Sequence record: MW384823.1
DNA length: 64,000 nt
Strand: one strand, 5' to 3'
A model generated the notes under the pieces. It did no database searches, was not told the origin of the DNA, and saw only the letters and a list, made by a program, of their open reading frames with translations. This document shows, one piece after another, positions 10,206-18,453 of this stretch. The stretch's first letter is position 1; each line of letters starts with the position of its first letter. A program made the translations under genes and the position numbers.

Positions 10206-10685
10206 CGTGACCAGTAAACCGGTTGTATTCAACGAGGGTTGGCCTTCCGTCACACATTGGAAGAACGTCATCCCTTCGCCATTTCCGGTGCTGGGGTCGA
10301 CAGTGGAATACGAATAGGTGGCATTCTTACCTTGGCTACCGTGTAAACGATAATAGCGGGTGCCGGTAAGAGGGTCGACACTGCCGTCGATTTTACCGAG
10401 CAGGTCTTTAAACAATTGAGGCGACTGCACATCACCACTCGGATAACTGGCGTGCCATGTGGCCCCGTTGTCAACCACGGTAACCGAGAACGGCATCAAT
10501 TCAAGCTTACCAATTTGCGGTTGGTACTTGACAAAAGTCTCTTTTGCCGCACTGCACTGATAGACCGTGAACTCGGTTGCTGCAACCGGAATGGTACCAA
10601 ACTGGCCCGTTGGGTTCGGTGCCATTGCACAGCCCGCGACCAACATAATCAGCGCGACGAATAACATTTGTAGTTTACGCATCAT
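10200..10685 (-). CDS. lipoprotein, possibly MliC/PliC-like
   Basis: Start moved to MMRKLQML; hydrophobic signal peptide with lipobox LVAG-C; YQC...TGTRY...FQC pattern. Confidence 0.65.
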   Translation of the reverse strand: MMRKLQMLFVALIMLVAGCAMAPNPTGQFGTIPVAATEFTVYQCSAAKETFVKYQPQIGKLELMPFSVTVVDNGATWHASYPSGDVQSPQLFKDLLGKIDGSVDPLTGTRYYRLHGSQGKNATYSYSTVDPSTGNGEGMTFFQCVTEGQPSLNTTGLLVTK

Positions 10686-10810
10686 TTCCCTACCTTTCAC
10701 AATTTCGATTTTATTAGTGACAAACGTCATATAACAAGCCACGTCTGTAAGAAAGTGCAACCCAGCTCTATTTTCTATGCACCACCTGTTAACACTAAGA
10801 GGAATACCTG

Positions 10811-11341
10811 ATGGCCATCATCACTCCACAGGCGCAACTGGTTGCCCTGTTCAATGCGAAAAACGCAAGTCTGCCGCAAGCACTGGTTGTTGCTGACGTC
10901 ACTTTCGGTGCCGTTGCTGCATACGTACCAGGCGACGGTAGCGATACCCGTAACACCAAACTGACCATCACCGCGGTGGCGGATAACGCCCACTTCACCG
11001 GTGCGAAAGAGCTGCACTACACCCGTCTGAGTTCCGGCATTGTTGGTCCGAAAGCAGTTACCGCTGCACAGGCTGACTGGGACACCGACGAAGAAGTGCT
11101 GGCGAAGCTGAATGCTGACGTGATCACGGCCGGTAAAGCCAACGATGAGTTTGCCCTGTCCGACCTGACCATTACCCGTACCGACGGCGAAGATGGTGCG
11201 AAGGTAATTGATATCAGCATCAACGCTGGCCACATCAAATACCTGCCGGGTCAGGTGGCGACGTACGCCGTCACTGAAGAGATTCAGAAAACCGACCTTA
11301 GCACCACTGATGGCGAACTTGACGGCTTCACCGCTGCTTAA
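10811..11341 (+). CDS. virion protein (type A N-domain only, plus DGELxxF tail)
   Basis: 176 aa; RNTKLTIT...FTG...YTR; ends DGELDGFTAA; GAGG SD. Confidence 0.65.
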   Translation: MAIITPQAQLVALFNAKNASLPQALVVADVTFGAVAAYVPGDGSDTRNTKLTITAVADNAHFTGAKELHYTRLSSGIVGPKAVTAAQADWDTDEEVLAKLNADVITAGKANDEFALSDLTITRTDGEDGAKVIDISINAGHIKYLPGQVATYAVTEEIQKTDLSTTDGELDGFTAA

Positions 11342-11373
11342 TACCCTGACCGGTTTGTTGAGGTTAGGTAAAT

Positions 11374-11403
11374 AGGGGGCTTCGGCTCCCTGTTTTATTT
11401 TTT
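11374..11403 (+). terminator. intrinsic terminator
   Basis: AGGGGGC-ttcg-GCTCCCT plus T-rich tail. Confidence 0.65.
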
Positions 11404-11419
11404 TCTTCAAGGAGTGCAC

Positions 11420-11920
11420 ATGGCTAAGACATTGCAAGAAGAGTTCATCGACATGGTGAACGCCAAAAACGCAGGTTTAGGTTTAACGTTAGCGGACGTG
11501 GATTTCAGCGACCCAAGCGATTATGTCCCCGGCGAGGAAGGTGGTACACGTAACAGTGTACTGACGCTAACAGCAAAAGCAACTAGCGCGACGTTCAAAG
11601 GCAGCAAAGCGTACCATTTCAACCGTTTCAACTTTACCCATCCAAACGGGGAAGATGAAGTATCGGTGATGATGAGTGACCTCGACCTGTACTGGCAAGA
11701 GGATGATTATGTTCTGGCACAGTTTAACAAAGCCTTGCCTAACCATCCGGTTACCATGTCAGAGGTCACCATTACCCGTACCACAGTAGATGGGCATCTG
11801 CGTGTGAAGATAAAAATCGTTCCGACGCACTTGAAATGGCAAGGGGCGTATGTGTTTGAAATCTATGACGGTAAAACGTTACTGGATAACCGGGACGGTG
11901 AGTTAGACGGGTTTAATTAA
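11420..11920 (+). CDS. virion protein, paralog of 10811..11341
   Basis: RNSVLTLT...FKG...FNR; ends DGELDGFN; AAGGAG SD favours ATG at 11420. Confidence 0.65.
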   Translation: MAKTLQEEFIDMVNAKNAGLGLTLADVDFSDPSDYVPGEEGGTRNSVLTLTAKATSATFKGSKAYHFNRFNFTHPNGEDEVSVMMSDLDLYWQEDDYVLAQFNKALPNHPVTMSEVTITRTTVDGHLRVKIKIVPTHLKWQGAYVFEIYDGKTLLDNRDGELDGFN

Positions 11921-11921
11921 T

Positions 11922-11966
11922 AAAAGGTGTACCGCTACCCTTCGGGGTAGCGGTATCCTTATTTTA
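11922..11966. terminator. bidirectional intrinsic terminator
   Basis: TACCGCTACCC-ttcg-GGGTAGCGGTA between convergent genes. Confidence 0.8.
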
Positions 11967-11985
11967 AACGGCCTGTACGGCCTTC

Positions 11986-12696
11986 TCAGGCGTTTAACAG
12001 TGGAATCTGCGTAATCGGCTGACTTAACGGCTGCGGCTGCCATGTGAGCGTTACAGCGTTAAATGCACGCTTGATATTCCGGTAACGCGCATTGACACAC
12101 ACCGCGTGCTTTACATCCCAACGTTCGTGCTCGGGAATCGCGTTTTCAATCTGTTCACGGAAGAACAGGTAGTTGCGATTGTAGTTCAGCGTGACATCCG
12201 ATATCGACGGATAACTGTATACATGCGGGTCATCGTTCTTATCGGCATAAGACGGCCAGCCGAAGTTCTTCACCGCTTCGTAGAACGAGTTGGCAAGGAA
12301 GGAATCGACCTTCATCATTTCCATAATCCGCAAGAACATCAAGTCCGCAAACGGCTTATCCGTTGCCCGCGACAGATTGCCTGCCGGGGTATCCGGGTAC
12401 GGAACCGGCGACGGGGCTTTCTGATACAGCAGGTCGTGGATGCACGCGGCGGCGGCCCATGGGCCATCAGGATGCAGAATAGGCTGCAAGGCGGCCGGGA
12501 TACTTGCCAAGTCTGTCACGAACCCCGCGGGAGCGGTAACATACATCAGCGTATCGGGATGGATACCCGACCGGTGTACCATGTCATCCAATCCGACGTG
12601 GTCACGGTACAGTGCGCGTAACGTGAACGGTACCCGAAAGTCTTCTGTCAGAATGAACCACTGCTTGTCCAGCACTTTATACTTCAACTCGTTCAT
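11986..12696 (-). CDS. DUF1353-domain protein
   Basis: PAGFVTDLASIP, AAACIHDLLY and ADLMF motifs typical of DUF1353. Confidence 0.8.
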   Translation of the reverse strand: MNELKYKVLDKQWFILTEDFRVPFTLRALYRDHVGLDDMVHRSGIHPDTLMYVTAPAGFVTDLASIPAALQPILHPDGPWAAAACIHDLLYQKAPSPVPYPDTPAGNLSRATDKPFADLMFLRIMEMMKVDSFLANSFYEAVKNFGWPSYADKNDDPHVYSYPSISDVTLNYNRNYLFFREQIENAIPEHERWDVKHAVCVNARYRNIKRAFNAVTLTWQPQPLSQPITQIPLLNA

Positions 12697-12809
12697 GAAA
12701 GCGCCACCTTAACCATACTGAGCACCACCATGCCTATAATCGACCCCCACAGCACATACGCAGGTGGATCATCCTCGGTAAAGAATTTTGTCGGTACAGA
12801 TTTGTTCAT
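12693..12809 (-). CDS. 38-aa single-TM peptide (not in ORF track)
   Basis: MNKSVPTKFFTEDDPPAYVLWGSIIGMVVLSMVKVALS; fills the intergenic gap; ATGA overlap with the DUF1353 start. Confidence 0.5.
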   Translation of the reverse strand: MNKSVPTKFFTEDDPPAYVLWGSIIGMVVLSMVKVALS

Positions 12810-12828
12810 GGTGATGCCCTTATGATTA

Positions 12829-13428
12829 TTATTTAGAACATACGCCTACCTTGATAGCGTAGTCGCCCATTTCACGGTAGACGCGGTCATACCAACCGTA
12901 AGTGAACTCTTCGTTCTGCACACGCTTCTCGGAAATCTCGGTGTAGTACGACACCTGATGCGAGGTCAGTGCGAACATCAGACGGTTGAAGCCATCCAGA
13001 CCACGGGCTTTCAGGAAGCCTTCCAGTGCAGTCATGGTGGCCGGGCCGATACCGCCATCAGCATCGATGTCGGCGTACAGTTTACCCTGACGGTTCAGGA
13101 CGTTCAGGATGCGCTGGAGAGACTTGATGCAGTTAGCACGACCGGCGTTGATACCGAAGTCGAACATACGGTCAGCCAAGAGCGGATTCCATGCGAGAAT
13201 ACGGTCAAGGCGCATACGGTCCCACCATCCTTTCTTGTAGATGTCAAGAGCCATCTGACGCGTCAGGTTACGCATGTCACCGGTGTACCCGTTTTCACGC
13301 GCGGTTGCTTGAGTGATGCCGAAGTTGGTTGGGCCACCCAAATCGTTTGGGTTGTTAACATAACCGGCTTCAATGTTAACTTTGGCCGCGATGATACCTT
13401 CCATACTCCAACGGTCTACAGCTGTCAT
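12829..13428 (-). CDS. endolysin, glycoside hydrolase family 108 with C-terminal peptidoglycan-binding domain
   Basis: EAGYVNNPNDLGGPTNFGIT, FDFGINAG, LQRILN...DGGIGPAT, F.YGW; start MTAVD after GAGG SD. Confidence 0.9.
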   Translation of the reverse strand: MTAVDRWSMEGIIAAKVNIEAGYVNNPNDLGGPTNFGITQATARENGYTGDMRNLTRQMALDIYKKGWWDRMRLDRILAWNPLLADRMFDFGINAGRANCIKSLQRILNVLNRQGKLYADIDADGGIGPATMTALEGFLKARGLDGFNRLMFALTSHQVSYYTEISEKRVQNEEFTYGWYDRVYREMGDYAIKVGVCSK

Positions 13429-13471
13429 AACGTTTCCTCTAATAAAGAACAACAGTCATAACAACCGTAAG

Positions 13472-13512
13472 AAAAAAAGAAAAGCGACCCACCCCCGAAG
13501 GAGTGGGTACGG
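13472..13512 (-). terminator. intrinsic terminator closing the radical SAM operon
   Basis: ACCCACTCC-ttcg-GGGGTGGGT plus T run on the minus strand, immediately after the 13514 stop. Confidence 0.75.
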
Positions 13513-13513
13513 C

Positions 13514-14170
13514 TTAGGCTACACCATTATCCGCAGCAAGCTGCTTGATTGCAGTGAAGTCTTTTTGTTCCGTGAGGATACGGATGCGTTGTTTCAGCAC
13601 GGACATGACCATGTGCAGGTCGTTGTCACGCGCGATGATTTCCGCATAGAGGGCTTTGACGTCCTCCACCGTCCACGGCTCGATAGGCTCGTTGTTCAGC
13701 GTCATCCAGTACATCGGGTCAACCCCGGACTGCATGTAGCTTTGCATCGAAGCGCGCGATTTCTCGTCGGCTTGGAACGTCTTGTCACGGAAGGTAATCG
13801 GTGCAAACCGTTCCGCGTTATACTTGTCGTTCAGCTTCGGATAAATCGCATTGACTTCCTGATAGAGATAGTTTTCCGTCGAGGTCAGCGCGGTACGTAC
13901 TTGGTCTAAATCAATCTCCAGCACGTTCGCGATGAAGTCTTTGGTCTTCTTCATCAGGAATTCAATTTCGACCGGAGACAGGTCGAAGCCTTTGAGTTTC
14001 TCGCGGGCTTTCTTGTCGCTCATACCGTTAATCAGATGGTAGTGCAGCAGCAGGCAGAACCCAATGCGGTTTTCCATCTGGTCTTGGTATTCTTCCACGT
14101 AGTTACCGTAGCGGTCGATACGTGTGCCCCGTTCGAAATAGCGGGCTTTTATTTCGTCGTTACTAAGCAT
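13514..14170 (-). CDS. DUF4376-like protein (family associated with tail-fibre genes)
   Basis: C-terminal ITFRDKTFQADEKSR...YWMTLNNE...VKALYAEI resembles DUF4376. Confidence 0.6.
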   Translation of the reverse strand: MLSNDEIKARYFERGTRIDRYGNYVEEYQDQMENRIGFCLLLHYHLINGMSDKKAREKLKGFDLSPVEIEFLMKKTKDFIANVLEIDLDQVRTALTSTENYLYQEVNAIYPKLNDKYNAERFAPITFRDKTFQADEKSRASMQSYMQSGVDPMYWMTLNNEPIEPWTVEDVKALYAEIIARDNDLHMVMSVLKQRIRILTEQKDFTAIKQLAADNGVA

Positions 14171-14706
14171 CCGGATTCTCCTGCAATCCCAAGGTCAACC
14201 AGCAGACCGAAGTCAATGAACTGGAAATCATTTTCCAACTCTTCACCCCAGAGCAGTTTGGCCTCTTCTGCTTCGTCACCCATCTCTTCCAGCGTCTTAC
14301 GTGCCACTTCGAACTCGTGGTAGAACGCATCGGTCAGGTGGGTACCGCGCAGAGCACGGATGGTCACACCAGGGAAGTTCAGGGCCAGTCCCACGACGTT
14401 AGTTGGGTCGGCATCACCGGTAGACCGGCGCAGCACCTGCAACTTGTGTTTCGGGAACGCCACCACACGTTCTTCGAAACCGGGATTACGCTTCTCGATT
14501 TCGACAACAGACTGGTGGTCATCTTCCACGCCCTGTAAAGGCAGGATGACGTTCAGGCCATAACGGTTCAACAGACGAATGGTGTCATCGTTGAAATCTT
14601 CACCCGGCACGATCGCATGGATGTTGTACAGCTTGTGTTTGCGAAGAAACGCATCAACAAGGTGAACGTTACGCCGAGTAAAATTGTGAATCAGCAATGA
14701 CTTCAT
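14149..14706 (-). CDS. hypothetical protein in the radical SAM operon
   Basis: 185 aa; overlaps both neighbours. Confidence 0.65.
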   Translation of the reverse strand: MKSLLIHNFTRRNVHLVDAFLRKHKLYNIHAIVPGEDFNDDTIRLLNRYGLNVILPLQGVEDDHQSVVEIEKRNPGFEERVVAFPKHKLQVLRRSTGDADPTNVVGLALNFPGVTIRALRGTHLTDAFYHEFEVARKTLEEMGDEAEEAKLLWGEELENDFQFIDFGLLVDLGIAGESGCLVTTK

Positions 14707-16015
14707 TCGAGGCTCCGAGTTCTAATTTAAGTTTGTCTGCCTGCATACGTTCACGTACACAGCTCGCACAGTAGCACATGGACTTATCGTGCAGGTCTGC
14801 GACATTCGTGGTACCGGTTTTCTGATACCAGTATTCGGACACCAACAGTTTCGCGGTCGTCCAACCACACTGGCGACGCTCAGCGTGGTACTCTTTACGC
14901 GCTTCCAGCTCACCGTCACCGTTCTCGTAAGACGCGGCCGCACAGCTACCGCACGAGTGTTTCATCGGGCAGCCTAAGCAGGTAGACGGGTAGTTGGTGT
15001 ACTGCGTCTGGATTTCGTTCAGGAGCTTGTGACCGTCAATGTTCACAATCTCACGGCCACGCAGTTCTGCTACAGCCGAACGGGTGGTCACGGTTGACAT
15101 GAAGCGGTTACAGCCGTAAATCTTACGGTCGAAGCCGAGACAGGTCATGTGGGTCAGCGTACCGCAGTAAGGACGTACGCGGTCTGGGTGCAGACGGGTT
15201 GCTTCATCGTCCAGCAACTTCTGACGCCAGTCCGGGTCCCATGTCGCCATGAAGTCCAGCCCATCAGGAATGATGTGGGTCAGGATGTTACGCGGGGACT
15301 TGTGGTAGCCGTTGTCGACCCAGTAATCGATAACGTCCATCATCTGGTTCGCAATGCCCAGAGACATATCACGCGTCAGGATATCTTCATACGTGACGTT
15401 ACCGGAGATGGTACCACCGCCTGTTTCTTTAATCAGGTGAATCATGCTCTCGCCGTAACGAGGCAGGGTCTCACCAGTAAAGGTGGCTTTGATACCGAGT
15501 TCTGCAATACCGACAGATTTCAGGTATTGGTAGCCGCGCATCGCTTGCTCGTACGAGCCTTCACGCGAGGTGGTGAAGATACGATAGCGGTCGTGCACTT
15601 CTGGCAGACCATCGATGGACACACCAATCGACAGACGGTCTTTCCAGCGTTCAATGATTTCTTTGCTGATGGGACGGTCGAACAAGGTGCCGTTGGTAGA
15701 AATAGAGAATACGTACTGACGGTTGTCGCGCGCCGCTAATTCTTCCGCTGTCTCAAAGACGGCTTTCAGAATCTTCGGCTGCATAAACGGCTCACCCCCG
15801 ATGATGTCGATAATGATTTCGGCATCTTCGATGTGACGGTCGCGGTCAAAACACGCATGAATAAAATCGACAGCGTCATCCACTTTGTTGTTACGCGGAT
15901 ATTTACGCTCGTAGCAATACGAACAGTCGAGATTACAAGACAGGTTAGTTACCACCTGATACGTGAGTGTGGGGCGCTGTTTACGCGTCTGCGATGTAGA
16001 TCGTTCTTCGCTCAT
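14669..16015 (-). CDS. radical SAM/SPASM-domain peptide maturase
   Basis: CNLDCSYC (CxxxCxxC), GGEP, STNG, SIDG; C-terminal C...GC...CLGCPMKHSCGSC...C SPASM-like Cys set. Confidence 0.9.
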   Translation of the reverse strand: MSEERSTSQTRKQRPTLTYQVVTNLSCNLDCSYCYERKYPRNNKVDDAVDFIHACFDRDRHIEDAEIIIDIIGGEPFMQPKILKAVFETAEELAARDNRQYVFSISTNGTLFDRPISKEIIERWKDRLSIGVSIDGLPEVHDRYRIFTTSREGSYEQAMRGYQYLKSVGIAELGIKATFTGETLPRYGESMIHLIKETGGGTISGNVTYEDILTRDMSLGIANQMMDVIDYWVDNGYHKSPRNILTHIIPDGLDFMATWDPDWRQKLLDDEATRLHPDRVRPYCGTLTHMTCLGFDRKIYGCNRFMSTVTTRSAVAELRGREIVNIDGHKLLNEIQTQYTNYPSTCLGCPMKHSCGSCAAASYENGDGELEARKEYHAERRQCGWTTAKLLVSEYWYQKTGTTNVADLHDKSMCYCASCVRERMQADKLKLELGASNEVIADSQFYSA

Positions 16016-16905
16016 TTGATTACCTCATTGCGATGTTTGCGAGCGTGGATCGTGCGATTGATGTAACGGTAGGCGTCTTGCCCAATGACTTTCGCCAGCA
16101 TGTTACAGCCGCTATCGATTTCCATCTCGACATCCATCGTGTAGCCGATAGACGCATCGGAGTCCAGACGAACCAGACCGCTGCACGCGTTGCACGACTG
16201 CTCAAAGAACTTGCTGATGGAGAACCCGGTTGAGCCATTGTTCATGACATTCAAGCGTTCAATCTGGTCTTCCATCTTGTTGTAACCGAACATGAAGTTC
16301 ATCACCAAATCTTGGTTCAGAGGTTTCTTCATGCGGTTGTCCAACAGCAGCGTCATGTCTTTGAAGCCGTAGTGGTAGAGTGCGCGGTGTAAGTCCAGCA
16401 GGTCAGTGTGCCAATATTTATCAGCCAACTGCTCACGAGTCACCACGGCCCACGTATGGACGTTGTTCAGCGCAGCCATCACTTCGAAGGCTTCGAATGC
16501 GCCATCTTCAACGACACGCCAGAGCGGACGTTCGCTCTTTTTGTATCCATCGAACGACACACAGATACGGTTAAACTGTTGCAGCATCGGGAGGTGCTCC
16601 AGACGCATTTTCAGGCCGTTCGTGTACAGCTCGTGAGTGAGATGCGGATAACGGGCTTTGACTTCGGCCAGCAACGGCTCAATCTTACGGGTTGCCATCA
16701 ACGGCTCACCGCCCGTCCAGTTCATCCCTTGTAAAGTCGGGTACTTCTCCAGTTGTTCAAACAGCGCTTCACGCTGAATTTCCCGACCAACATCTTTTGT
16801 GTCCATGTAATACGCTCCGCCGCAGAAACTACAATCCAAATTACACTTGGACGTCGTCACTATCGACAGCTCGGTAGGGGGACGTATTTGTGGTGCATCG
16901 GTCAT
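16012..16905 (-). CDS. second radical SAM enzyme with short C-terminus
   Basis: CNLDCSFC, TGGEP, YTNG, SFDG; only CNAC...C downstream; 4-nt overlap with the next gene. Confidence 0.85.
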   Translation of the reverse strand: MTDAPQIRPPTELSIVTTSKCNLDCSFCGGAYYMDTKDVGREIQREALFEQLEKYPTLQGMNWTGGEPLMATRKIEPLLAEVKARYPHLTHELYTNGLKMRLEHLPMLQQFNRICVSFDGYKKSERPLWRVVEDGAFEAFEVMAALNNVHTWAVVTREQLADKYWHTDLLDLHRALYHYGFKDMTLLLDNRMKKPLNQDLVMNFMFGYNKMEDQIERLNVMNNGSTGFSISKFFEQSCNACSGLVRLDSDASIGYTMDVEMEIDSGCNMLAKVIGQDAYRYINRTIHARKHRNEVIK

Positions 16906-16923
16906 TGCAGATTGCTCCAGTTT

Positions 16924-17802
16924 TTAATAGATCGCGAAAAGGGGATCGTCCTCAAACTTCGCGCCCACATCCAGCAAGAAGTCGGAGTGGTAGGCTTCGA
17001 GAATCTGATTCAGAATCGCATGACGGTCGTTAACCCGCTTGAGGTCATCGAGGGTCACGATTCGCGACTTGATGTTTGAAACTGCCTTTTCTTCGTCAGC
17101 TGTCAGGGAAACCTTCGTCATAAGGAAACTTACCAGCTTGCTCAGGTCAGCCTCGGTGCCCGGCGCTTCACCGTAACGCCACTGAACCAAGAACTGCATC
17201 CACGGTTTGCGGATACGGCGACTGATTTCGTGTGGGTCGGTAATCGCTTCGAACTGCTCATCTACCGCATTCCAGCGGAACTTGTAGCTGTAGGCCAGCA
17301 AGTCAGCCAGACAATGGATACCGAGCGTTTCATAACCTACGATGTGGTGGTATTTTTCCACACCTTTATACTCTTCGGTGCCGGTTGGTACTAAGGTGTA
17401 CCAGAACGGATTGGAAGACGGATAGTCCCAGCTCCATTCGCGACGAACCATGGGAATGACGTCCAAATCCGCAAACGGCGTGAAGATCATTTCCAAATCC
17501 ATCGAGTGGTTCAGGACTGCATCAGTAAAGAAATACTTACCGTCAATCAGTCGGCCACTGGAGTTCAGCTCGCTTTCATTAAACTTCACATGCTGAACGG
17601 TGTGCTTACCGATGGAGTAGGTATTCTCTTCGGTGTACTGCTTACGAACAATGTCCCGCCCACGTACCTTAGGCCATTCGCCTGGCAGCATCGAGATAAG
17701 GCGTACTTCGTCCGCGATGTGTGCTTTCACACTGTCGTACGACGAAATGTGTAACGGGAAATTTTGCGTCGTGCGGTACGCCAAATGGAGGTCGTTCTTC
17801 AT
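16924..17802 (-). CDS. hypothetical protein between precursor peptides and radical SAM genes
   Basis: 292 aa open frame, colinear with the operon. Confidence 0.75.
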   Translation of the reverse strand: MKNDLHLAYRTTQNFPLHISSYDSVKAHIADEVRLISMLPGEWPKVRGRDIVRKQYTEENTYSIGKHTVQHVKFNESELNSSGRLIDGKYFFTDAVLNHSMDLEMIFTPFADLDVIPMVRREWSWDYPSSNPFWYTLVPTGTEEYKGVEKYHHIVGYETLGIHCLADLLAYSYKFRWNAVDEQFEAITDPHEISRRIRKPWMQFLVQWRYGEAPGTEADLSKLVSFLMTKVSLTADEEKAVSNIKSRIVTLDDLKRVNDRHAILNQILEAYHSDFLLDVGAKFEDDPLFAIY

Positions 17803-17820
17803 GGTTTCTTTATCCTTACT

Positions 17821-18030
17821 TTATCGGTTACCCGCGCCGTAACTGCACCCACCACTGCACGACCAGCTACAGCTACCGTTGCAGTTATAATGCGAGAGTG
17901 GAAGCCCAGCAAGGTTGTTGGTCGAACTGACCGTGCCGCGTGTGGCGATATAGTTATTGGCCTGTGCGGTCGTGATGTAGCCCTCGACGTTCTGCACCCG
18001 ATCGCGAATGTTTTTCAATGAGATTGCCAT
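17821..18030 (-). CDS. putative RiPP precursor 3 (short core, 4 Cys)
   Basis: 49-aa leader MAISLKNIRDRV..VE; core CNGSCSWSCSGGCSYGAGNR; GAGG SD. Confidence 0.8.
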   Translation of the reverse strand: MAISLKNIRDRVQNVEGYITTAQANNYIATRGTVSSTNNLAGLPLSHYNCNGSCSWSCSGGCSYGAGNR

Positions 18031-18051
18031 AGGTCCTCACTCGATAGATTT

Positions 18052-18444
18052 CTATCGACTGCCTGAACAGCCAGAGCATCCCGTACAACTTGAACTACAG
18101 GAACCGGAACAGTTACCGGAGCATGTACCCGAACAACCGGAGCACCCGCCCGAACACGAACCAGAACATCCTGAGCACCCACTGGTACACCCAGCAGTAC
18201 AGCTCGACGAACAAGAGGAACCGCAGCCCCCTGATGCCGAACCGGAACAGCCACCTGAACAGCTAGAACAACCCCAGCTACAGGTTCCGCCGCAATCGTA
18301 ATGAACACGTCCTTGGCCGCCGAATAAGTCGACGTTATTGGTTGCCTTGCCACGAATGTAGGTTTGAACCCCACCTTCCGTTTTTAAGGCGTTCGCTTCG
18401 ATCACCGCAATGCGATCCGCGAGGTTTCGTAAGTTGATAGCCAT
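18052..18444 (-). CDS. putative RiPP precursor 2 (Cxxx/Cxx-repeat core, 20 Cys)
   Basis: 50-aa leader MAINLRNLADRI..IE; 80-aa C/S/G/T core; GGAG SD. Confidence 0.85.
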   Translation of the reverse strand: MAINLRNLADRIAVIEANALKTEGGVQTYIRGKATNNVDLFGGQGRVHYDCGGTCSWGCSSCSGGCSGSASGGCGSSCSSSCTAGCTSGCSGCSGSCSGGCSGCSGTCSGNCSGSCSSSCTGCSGCSGSR

Positions 18445-18453
18445 TGTTGCTCC

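Noticed and set aside
14669-16905. Interpreting the rSAM genes as NrdG, QueE, MoaA or anaerobic sulfatase maturase
   Set aside because: No nrdD, que, moa or sulfatase genes are nearby, whereas Cys-rich leader peptides are in the same operon. Not formally excluded without HMM scores.
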